From the NCBI GenBank assembly GCA_029939245.1, contig JAOZTH010000001.1:1-63359 (forward strand): DNA of 63,359 nt, in the 5' to 3' direction. Source of the stretch: Arcobacteraceae bacterium (lineage in GTDB: Bacteria; Campylobacterota; Campylobacteria; Campylobacterales; Arcobacteraceae). A program made the position numbers and the translations under genes. Below, piece after piece: positions 39,528 through 47,389 of the stretch. The notes beneath the pieces are model-generated. The model was given only the letters and a program-made list of their open reading frames with translations. It was not told the origin of the DNA and did not search any database. The number at the start of each line of letters is the position of its first letter. Position 1 is the stretch's first letter.

Positions 39528-40403
39528 ATGAAAAACTCTGTAGTGTTGCCATTTGTGCTTATGTTTGTGATGTCGTTTTCTATGCTTGTGATAAATTTTG
39601 TAGATGATACTAGCCATATCATAGAGCAAAATCCATACCAAGACATAATCATATCAAATACTGCAATAAACTCTATCAAGACAACTATAGTGACAGCTCT
39701 AGCACCATATAGCAAAGTTCCAGATGAAGAGGTGCTAGCTATGCTAGCAAGTATAACAATAACAGATAATAAAAATATGATGACGATGTCAGTAGATATC
39801 CAAAAAGCCCCCATGCTTATAGATATCAATCATATGTTTGTATATGACAAAATTTTTAAACAATGGAAACTCAAAGAAAGCATAAGAGCTTGGCTGTTGG
39901 ATGCATTGAGCTTGAGGTTTGAATTAAATGAACCATACTACCTCATAATGCTACTTGAAAACACTTTAAATCACAACAGTGAGATAGTTTCAGAAAACTT
40001 TAGATATAATGAAGGAAAAATATATAGTTTGAAACATTTTTACAAAACTGTGGATTATTATAAATATTTTACAAGTGATGATATGATAGATAAAATACAA
40101 TTTGAAAATATGTTTAGTTTTGATGATACAAATGAGACAATGTATTGTGACGATATGACAGAAACTATATCTAAGCTAGTATCAGATGAGTATGATACAG
40201 ATGATTCTGGGATAGATTGCGAGAGTCCTACAGCTAGCGTCAAGAAAAAATTAGATAGTTTAGGTATAATAAGCGGAAATGATAAAACTTCACAAAAGGT
40301 CATAGGGACAGTGAGTTTCACATCAAACAGCAAAGTAAAAGTAGCAAACTTTGCGTATGATTTTACAAAAAAGGAGATAGTAAGTTTTGATATTCGGTTC
40401 TAA
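39528..40403 (+). CDS. Membrane-anchored protein of unknown family; first gene of the T2SS-like operon (possible GspK-type analog)
   Basis: ATG 39528 lies behind the RBS AAAAGGAAAA. An N-terminal hydrophobic segment (NSVVLPFVLMFVMSFSMLVINFV) is followed by about 265 aa that includes an acidic patch. No conserved motif recognised. Confidence 0.5.
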   Translation: MKNSVVLPFVLMFVMSFSMLVINFVDDTSHIIEQNPYQDIIISNTAINSIKTTIVTALAPYSKVPDEEVLAMLASITITDNKNMMTMSVDIQKAPMLIDINHMFVYDKIFKQWKLKESIRAWLLDALSLRFELNEPYYLIMLLENTLNHNSEIVSENFRYNEGKIYSLKHFYKTVDYYKYFTSDDMIDKIQFENMFSFDDTNETMYCDDMTETISKLVSDEYDTDDSGIDCESPTASVKKKLDSLGIISGNDKTSQKVIGTVSFTSNSKVKVANFAYDFTKKEIVSFDIRF

Positions 40404-41229
40404 TACAAACAGCCAAGATCACTTTTTTTTGGATAAAAGCACCAAAGAGTTTGCAACCCACCATGTCAATGTTATTCTTTCTCCTAGTTTTTATTGGACC
40501 AAACTACAAGAACTGCCAGTGCTTACGGTATATGGTGCACGAGAATATTCTACTTCTGTATTTGAAGGTTTATTACCAGAGGGCAACTGGACATATTTTG
40601 TGCAAAAAGAGGACAAAAATCTATATAGATTTTTTGCTTTTGATCAAGATGAGCTTTTGGATTTTATAGAATCTATAGGTGGCGACAAACAATATGTTCG
40701 CTCTTTGTATTTTGCACAAAATGAGTTTTCTGATATATTAGATGAAGAGCAAACAAAATTTGTATCAATAAATGATGATAAATGTATGACAAAAGTTCAA
40801 GACACTTTAGTATTGATCCCCAAAACTATGGTATCAAATAGCGAATATATATACGATGTCATAAACGATGTATCCCTATCAAGCAATAATATAAAAATAG
40901 ATACCAACATAAGTATAAATACAGATATATTTATGGTATTTGTAGTTGTGGGGCTGATATTTTCGCTTGGGTTTATCATAAATATAATAACCTACAATAT
41001 TGAAATTGCAAAACTAGAAAACAAGACAATAGAAAAAATCAAAACTCTCAAGCTACCAGAAACATCGTTTGAGTTAGATGCTATAGCCACACAAAGTTCT
41101 GCAAAGATAAAAGACCAGATAAATATAAGAAAAAATATCAAACAAATAAGCACCATAAAAACGACACAATATGGAAAAATAAAAAAAATAAAAATAACAA
41201 AAGATAAGTTGTCTGTATATGACAAATAA
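40387..41229 (+). CDS. gspL: GspL-like assembly-platform protein (bitopic)
   Basis: 280 aa. The N-terminal cytoplasmic region (VILSPSFYWTKLQELPVL…AREYSTSVFEGLLPEG…YRFFAFDQDEL) resembles the GspL consensus. It has a single central TM (IFMVFVVVGLIFSLGFIINII) and a short C-domain. Confidence 0.45.
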   Translation: MIFGSNTNSQDHFFLDKSTKEFATHHVNVILSPSFYWTKLQELPVLTVYGAREYSTSVFEGLLPEGNWTYFVQKEDKNLYRFFAFDQDELLDFIESIGGDKQYVRSLYFAQNEFSDILDEEQTKFVSINDDKCMTKVQDTLVLIPKTMVSNSEYIYDVINDVSLSSNNIKIDTNISINTDIFMVFVVVGLIFSLGFIINIITYNIEIAKLENKTIEKIKTLKLPETSFELDAIATQSSAKIKDQINIRKNIKQISTIKTTQYGKIKKIKITKDKLSVYDK

Positions 41230-41605
41230 AAATAAAAATTATCTACTCATAGCTTTTGTAGTTGGCTTTGTGTTGCTGTTTGTAACAACAAACAAATATG
41301 AAACTAAAAAAGATGAAGCTATAGCAAGATACACCAAGATGCAAAAAATACTTTCTGATATTGAACAAAATAAAGATAAGTTTACATATGAAAAAACCAA
41401 GGCTATCTTAAACTCTTCTATATTTAAGCAATATATTCAAACACGAACAAAAGACAACTTGACTACTATAGTATTTAATGCTCCTTTGAAAGTGGCAAAT
41501 GCTTTCATACGAAAAATCGCAAATTCGGATTCGTTGCTTGGTGAAATAGAGATACAACAGATTGACAAAAGAGTCAAAATCATAATCAGGATAAAAAATG
41601 GATAA
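41219..41605 (+). CDS. gspM: GspM-like small bitopic protein
   Basis: 128 aa with an N-terminal TM and a C-terminal alpha/beta region (…TTIVFNAPLKVANAFIRKI…VKIIIRIK). Its position after the GspL-like gene supports the call. Confidence 0.4.
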   Translation: MTNKNKNYLLIAFVVGFVLLFVTTNKYETKKDEAIARYTKMQKILSDIEQNKDKFTYEKTKAILNSSIFKQYIQTRTKDNLTTIVFNAPLKVANAFIRKIANSDSLLGEIEIQQIDKRVKIIIRIKNG

Positions 41606-42182
41606 TATAAAAGCTATTTTGTCGCTGGTTGCAAGCAGGATAAAAGGACTGGAAAGTCTACAAATAGGCTCTGGAGTTAAGCTGTTGATATACAGCTTTT
41701 TGACTCTGTTTTTTATAGTTTTTTTATCTCCCAAAAAACAGCTATATTTTTATCTTGAGGAAAAACTACAGACAAATAATATCATAATATACCAAGAAAA
41801 GATAGAATCGCTAAACACAGGAATATGGCTAAAAGATGGGCTAGTCTCTTATGATAAAATATTTATAGGATTGTTTAGCGATATCACTATAAATACATAC
41901 TACTTCAAAACAAATCTTATAGTCCATAGCTTTTTGATAGACAAAGATTTTGAAACCTTTGTGCCATCGCAAGTAGAGAAAATAGAGTTGTCTCATAGTT
42001 TTTTGAGTCCGTTAAATGTGCTTATAGAAGCAAAAGGAGAGTTTGGAGAGCTGACTGGAAGTTATGATTTTATAAGCAGCAAACTCACATTAAATCTAAA
42101 ACCAAGCGATATAATGAAGACAAAAAAAGCATCCCTAAAGCTTATGACAAAAACAAAAGATGGATATATATATGAGAAATAG
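41598..42182 (+). CDS. GspN-like bitopic protein (tentative)
   Basis: 194 aa with one TM (LLIYSFLTLFFIVFLS). Assigned mainly from position between the M-like and C-like genes. Confidence 0.3.
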   Translation: MDNIKAILSLVASRIKGLESLQIGSGVKLLIYSFLTLFFIVFLSPKKQLYFYLEEKLQTNNIIIYQEKIESLNTGIWLKDGLVSYDKIFIGLFSDITINTYYFKTNLIVHSFLIDKDFETFVPSQVEKIELSHSFLSPLNVLIEAKGEFGELTGSYDFISSKLTLNLKPSDIMKTKKASLKLMTKTKDGYIYEK

Positions 42183-42951
42183 AGGTTTGTTGGCAAATAG
42201 CATGTTGATTGTAGCTTTGATATATCTTGTTATGTCTATTCTCAAGATATTTTTACCTATATCATCTGTAGAACTACAAAAAGATATTGATTTTAATTTT
42301 GCATTTAACTACTCTTTACAAAATATCTATAAAGATAAAATAAAGAAAAAAGATAGTCAAAACAGATCTAGTATGAGTTTTGAGCTCATAGGAATATATA
42401 GTGATGGAAACAATAGTGTAGTCATCATAAGCAAAGACAAAAGAACGGAAGTCATAGCTGTAGGTGAAGTGTTTGAAGGCTTTAAGCTAACTGGCACTAC
42501 AAGTATATTGGCAATATGGGACAAAAATGGTATAAGACATGAGCTATCTATAGAAGACACTAGAGACAGAGAGATAAGGAATTCTTATAAAATAGAAAAT
42601 GAAGATCCTCTAGCAACTAGAGATATAAAATACACAGATATACAGTATTATAAAAATAATCCACAGAAACTATGGGATGAAATAAATATAAATAAAACAA
42701 AAAATGGCTATATGATTACTAAGATAAAGAAAAATTCCAAACTTTCTACATTGGGATTGAAAAATGGTGATATCATAAAAGTAGTAAATGGCAAAGAGCT
42801 TATAAATGATAGTGATGCTATAAAACTCTACAAAGATATAAAGAGTGCAGAGTTTGTCACTATCACAGTGCTAAGAGATGATAAATATATAGATATAGAT
42901 TTTAATATAAAAGGAACACAAACGATGACACAGCCACCAAAATTACAATAA
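42160..42951 (+). CDS. gspC: GspC-like protein (TM + HR-like domain + PDZ)
   Basis: 263 aa. An N-terminal TM is followed by FELIGIYSDGNNSVVIISKDKRTEVIAVGEVFEGFKLTG (HR-like) and a PDZ-like region, GYMITKIKKNSKLSTLGLKNGDIIKVVNGKEL. Confidence 0.6.
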   Translation: MDIYMRNRGLLANSMLIVALIYLVMSILKIFLPISSVELQKDIDFNFAFNYSLQNIYKDKIKKKDSQNRSSMSFELIGIYSDGNNSVVIISKDKRTEVIAVGEVFEGFKLTGTTSILAIWDKNGIRHELSIEDTRDREIRNSYKIENEDPLATRDIKYTDIQYYKNNPQKLWDEININKTKNGYMITKIKKNSKLSTLGLKNGDIIKVVNGKELINDSDAIKLYKDIKSAEFVTITVLRDDKYIDIDFNIKGTQTMTQPPKLQ

Positions 42952-43056
42952 GTATAGAAAAAAAAGATAAATAAAGAAAAAAAAGATATAATGAGATAAA
43001 TAAATGAAAAATAAAAATATTTCAGCAAATAATAGCAAAACACAAGAGGAAAATTC

Positions 43057-45255
43057 ATGAACAAGATACTTAAAATTTTGATAACGCTTATGTTGATGAG
43101 TGTATCTTTGTCTAGTAGAGACACAGTAGATATAAACTTCAAGGGTCTAAACATAAGAGATTTTGTAAAAATGGTAGCAAAAATCAAAAATGAAAATATC
43201 CTAATAGGCAACAAACTAAGCGGTAGTATAAACTTTATATCGGTCAAGCCAATACCAAAAAAATCACTCATGGTGTTGCTCAACCATGTATTGGAAACCA
43301 AAGGCTTCACGCTGATTCGTACTGGACATAGATATCTAAAAGTTGTCAAGATTGAAGATGCAGGCAGGTCTGGACTGCCTGTAAATACTACACAAGATAC
43401 TTTTCAAATAGTTACAGAGATTATTGAAGTAGATGGTATGAATGTGGATTTGCTTGTGACTAAACTAAGACACCTAGTAACCAAAAACTCAAAAATAACT
43501 ACTTCAAAAGAGACAAATGCATTGATAGTCACGGATTATCCAGAGAAAATCAAAAGTATAAAAAAGATTATAAACCTACTAGCTAGCAAAAGTCAGCTTA
43601 AAACAAAAGTGATAAGACTAGAACATATAAAAGCAGATGTGATAGGTCCAGATATACAGAAGATCACGAAAAATTTATTTGACCCAAAAATAGCCAAAAA
43701 CAACTTAGATATCATCATCAACAACAAGACAAATACTATAACTCTTGTAGGACGGCAAACACAGATAGACAAAGTAGCCGAGCTTATACACAATGCCGAC
43801 AATCAAGATGACAAATCATCTATAGTCATGGAAGTAATACCTATCAACAATAGTAGTGCCGAAGAGATGATAAAAATTTTGGAAAAATTTTATGCTACAA
43901 AAGGCAAAAATGTAGTATATCAGCCTAGCTTTATGAATGACAAAGAGCTCAACTCCGTCATAGTTCGTGCTAGAAAAAGAGATATAGATGATATACGAGA
44001 TGTTATCTCAAAGCTAGATATACCAAAACCACAAGTGTTTGTAAAGGCAAGGATAATAGAGATATCCGATGAAAAAGCTAGTGATATAGGATTTAAATAT
44101 GGTTTGAGTGGTGGCAAGGTAACTAGCGATGGACTCATGACCATGAGTGCAAATATGGGCGGACAAGCTATTGCGGTAGATAGTACGCTTATGAGTTATA
44201 TAGATATAGATACAAACTTGAAAGATTTTTTTGCACTTGGAGCTACATTGTCGTTGTTGCAAAGAGATGGAGCAGCTGAAGTGCTAAGCGAACCGTCACT
44301 GCTTTGTCTAAATAACAAAGAGTCAGAGATATATGTAGGAAATACCCAATCAGTCGTAACCTCTACAGCACAAGGCACTACTAGCACATCTGATACTACA
44401 AACAGCTACAAAAGAGAAGATATAGGACTAACCCTCAAGATAAAGCCACGACTCTCAAGCGACAATAAAGTCACACTTGAAGTAGAGACTATCATAGAAG
44501 ATGTGCTAGGATCAGACAGCAACGGACAGCCCATAACCACCAAAAGAACAGTCAAAACTACTGCCATAGTAAATGATGCAGAACTAGTCATGCTAGGTGG
44601 TCTAAACAAGACAAAAGAGACCACAAGTGTATCAAAAGTTCCTTTGTTGGGTGATATACCACTACTTGGAGCATTGTTTAGAAGCACAAATAAAACCATG
44701 TCAAAAACATCTTTAGCTATCATGCTAACTCCGTATATTATAGACGAAAACAGAAACATAAGTAAACTAAGAAATGATTTGAATATGTTAGCATTAGCTC
44801 AAGATGACTACACCACTAAAGCTATGGCTATACTTGACAATGGAGATGTGCGAGAAGTTAGACTAGAAAATAGAAAAGCCAAAAATACAAAAAATACAAA
44901 TACAAAACCAAAAAACTTCATAAAACGAACAAGCCCGCAAGCACAGCAAAGGTATTACAATAACCAAAAAACCTACAAAAAGAAAAAAATCAAGACAAAA
45001 AAAACTCAAAAAAAATCATATGGAGGCAAATATAATATATATGTAGGTAAGTATTTTAGCTTTAGTGAGATTAAAGAGATAAGAAATGATAAGACAATAA
45101 ATACAAACACAGATATGAAACTAAACTATGATGGTAAAAATGTATTTGAAGTTAGTGTTGGTCCATATAGGACTATGAAAAAAACTAAAAAAGTATTGAA
45201 GTATATCAAAAAGAAATACAACGATGATGCCTATATAGAAGATAAAACAAAATAG
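43057..45255 (+). CDS. gspD: Secretin (GspD family) with a Lys-rich linker and a C-terminal SPOR-like domain
   Basis: 732 aa. It has a signal peptide, N0 (DINFKGLNIRDFVKMVA…), N1-N3 repeats and a secretin core (VFVKARIIEISDEKASDIGF… VPLLGDIPLLGALFRS). The tail carries YNIYVGKYFSFSEIKEI…FEVSVGPYRTMKKTKKVLKYIKKKYNDDAYI. Confidence 0.9.
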   Translation: MNKILKILITLMLMSVSLSSRDTVDINFKGLNIRDFVKMVAKIKNENILIGNKLSGSINFISVKPIPKKSLMVLLNHVLETKGFTLIRTGHRYLKVVKIEDAGRSGLPVNTTQDTFQIVTEIIEVDGMNVDLLVTKLRHLVTKNSKITTSKETNALIVTDYPEKIKSIKKIINLLASKSQLKTKVIRLEHIKADVIGPDIQKITKNLFDPKIAKNNLDIIINNKTNTITLVGRQTQIDKVAELIHNADNQDDKSSIVMEVIPINNSSAEEMIKILEKFYATKGKNVVYQPSFMNDKELNSVIVRARKRDIDDIRDVISKLDIPKPQVFVKARIIEISDEKASDIGFKYGLSGGKVTSDGLMTMSANMGGQAIAVDSTLMSYIDIDTNLKDFFALGATLSLLQRDGAAEVLSEPSLLCLNNKESEIYVGNTQSVVTSTAQGTTSTSDTTNSYKREDIGLTLKIKPRLSSDNKVTLEVETIIEDVLGSDSNGQPITTKRTVKTTAIVNDAELVMLGGLNKTKETTSVSKVPLLGDIPLLGALFRSTNKTMSKTSLAIMLTPYIIDENRNISKLRNDLNMLALAQDDYTTKAMAILDNGDVREVRLENRKAKNTKNTNTKPKNFIKRTSPQAQQRYYNNQKTYKKKKIKTKKTQKKSYGGKYNIYVGKYFSFSEIKEIRNDKTINTNTDMKLNYDGKNVFEVSVGPYRTMKKTKKVLKYIKKKYNDDAYIEDKTK

Positions 45256-46479
45256 ATGACATACAAATATACGGGTGTTGACAAGCAGTTCAAAAAAGTT
45301 TCTGCCACGATAGAAGCAAACAGTCTAAATGAAGCCAAAAAAACTCTAAAACAAAGTGGAATAATATTTAACTCTATAAAAGTTCAACAACAAAACAGCC
45401 TTGAGTTTATGTCTGTTCTTTGGACAAAAGAGCTAAGCAAAAAAGAGCTATCTACACTCAGTAGAGATCTGAGTTTTTATATCAAATCTGGCATCAATAT
45501 ATCAAGTGCCTTGAAGCTAGCAATATCACAATATAGCGATTCTAAAAAGATTAAAAATTTTTTAAGTGAAGTAAGCAGATATATAGATGAAGGCAAGGAT
45601 TTTGCTACATCGCTAAGTATTCAAAAACAGATAAAGCTTCCTCAGTTTTATGTGCAAAGTATCAAAGCATCACAAAACGGCGGTATGCTAGATAGTGTGT
45701 TGATGGAGTTGTCTACATTTATATCAAATCAAGACAAAATACAAAAGAAAATATCAAATGCCCTAGCATATCCTATGTTTATAGTCATAAGTGCTATACT
45801 TATGGTAGCATTTATGCTAAGCTACGTAGTGCCAAAGGTCGTAGGTATATTTGAACAAAACAAACAAGAGCTACCACTCATCACCAAATACGTGCTAGCT
45901 TCTAGTGATTTTGTAGGTGACTACTATGTGATAATATTGGTGCTAGTGGTTTCTGCTGTATTTACGGTAAAATATCTAAACAAAATATCAGCACATTTTC
46001 GTTATTCTTATGATGGTATAATCCTAAAGTTACCACTCTTTGGTCCTATCATACTTATAAGCGAGTTATCACGTTTTAGCTATATGTGTTCGTTGCTTTT
46101 ACGCTCTGGTATGACTCTAGTAGAGACAGTCAAACTCTCTTCGCAACTTTTAGACAATGTAGTCCTAGCCCGGATATTTGACGATAGTTCTACTTTTGTA
46201 GTCCAAGGTGGCAAACTCTCCTCTTCGTTGATGAACAAAAATATAGATGTGCTTCCTAAAAGTTTCATCCAATCTATTGCTTTGGGCGAAGAGACTAGTA
46301 TGCTGGAAACTGTGCTTTCTACTCAAGCAGTGCGGTTTGACGAAGACAACAGCGACAAGATAACTTTCATGCTCTCGCTTTTGGAACCTATCATGATGCT
46401 CGTAGTTGGCACTATCATCGCTATAATCGTCCTAGCTATGATGTTGCCTATCTTTTCTATAAATATAGGAGGAATGTAG
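45256..46479 (+). CDS. gspF: Type II secretion / type IV pilus platform protein GspF/PilC family
   Basis: 407 aa with the duplicated T2SSF domain architecture and 3 TMs. The ATG directly abuts the secretin stop. Confidence 0.9.
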   Translation: MTYKYTGVDKQFKKVSATIEANSLNEAKKTLKQSGIIFNSIKVQQQNSLEFMSVLWTKELSKKELSTLSRDLSFYIKSGINISSALKLAISQYSDSKKIKNFLSEVSRYIDEGKDFATSLSIQKQIKLPQFYVQSIKASQNGGMLDSVLMELSTFISNQDKIQKKISNALAYPMFIVISAILMVAFMLSYVVPKVVGIFEQNKQELPLITKYVLASSDFVGDYYVIILVLVVSAVFTVKYLNKISAHFRYSYDGIILKLPLFGPIILISELSRFSYMCSLLLRSGMTLVETVKLSSQLLDNVVLARIFDDSSTFVVQGGKLSSSLMNKNIDVLPKSFIQSIALGEETSMLETVLSTQAVRFDEDNSDKITFMLSLLEPIMMLVVGTIIAIIVLAMMLPIFSINIGGM

Positions 46480-46868
46480 TGAATAGATCATTTTTGCTTA
46501 TTGAGGCTATCATGGCTATCGTTATATTGTCATTTTCTCTTGTAGGTTTGTTGCAGTTAAATAGTACAACTATTGATATGTTGGCATTTGTATCTAGTAG
46601 AAGTTCACTATATCAAGATGCATCGTTAGTCAGTCAAACTATCACAAAAGACCACAACAAAAAAATAAAATCAGCCTACGATATAGTATCAAAAAGATAC
46701 AATATAGACAACTTAGATGTCAAACAAGCTTTGTCAAAAGATAAATATACTATAAAAGTAGAAGACTATTCACAGCTTGTGTTTGCCGATATATTTACGA
46801 TAGATATACAAAAGATATCACTCTCAAATAAAAAAAATAAAATACAAATGTATAAACTAAAACCATGA
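46479..46868 (+). CDS. Pseudopilin-like protein (non-canonical leader)
   Basis: 129 aa. MNRS/FLLIEAIMAIVILSF gives a class III-like signal with Glu at +5 but Ser at -1. Confidence 0.55.
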   Translation: MNRSFLLIEAIMAIVILSFSLVGLLQLNSTTIDMLAFVSSRSSLYQDASLVSQTITKDHNKKIKSAYDIVSKRYNIDNLDVKQALSKDKYTIKVEDYSQLVFADIFTIDIQKISLSNKKNKIQMYKLKP

Positions 46869-47389
46869 CTATACATAAGATATCTACATTTACAATCATG
46901 GAGCTTATCGTCTCGGTTATGATCATAGGTATGATATTTGTGTTTTCGTTTCAAGTGTTTAACTATACCAAAACAAACCAAAACAATATAAATAGATCTA
47001 TCAAAAAAAACTCTACAGACAGTATGAAGATAAAGCTAATATATATGGATATGGTCAACACAAAGAAAAAGTTGGAGATAGACAATAAGTTTAATCAAGA
47101 TTTGGATATAATATATCTACAGACAACAAACTCTATGTATAAGCGGGATTATAGCTTTGTAGTCTATAAAGTAGTAGATGCAAAGTTATATAGAGTTGAA
47201 TCAAGCAACAAACTAAGAGACGATAAGTTTGGTATGAAAAAGGATATTGATATGTTATTTGATAAAGTGGAGATATTTAAGGTGTATGAAAACACAACAA
47301 AACAAAACAAAACACAAGTATCAAAAAGTAAGCTGGTGTTTTTAAAAACAGAGACAAATACTATAAGATTTGAGGTAGCAGGTATATGA
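46865..47389 (+). CDS. Pseudopilin-like protein (non-canonical leader)
   Basis: 174 aa. MTIHKIST/FTIMELIVSVMIIGMIF has Glu at +5 but Thr at -1. Confidence 0.55.
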   Translation: MTIHKISTFTIMELIVSVMIIGMIFVFSFQVFNYTKTNQNNINRSIKKNSTDSMKIKLIYMDMVNTKKKLEIDNKFNQDLDIIYLQTTNSMYKRDYSFVVYKVVDAKLYRVESSNKLRDDKFGMKKDIDMLFDKVEIFKVYENTTKQNKTQVSKSKLVFLKTETNTIRFEVAGI

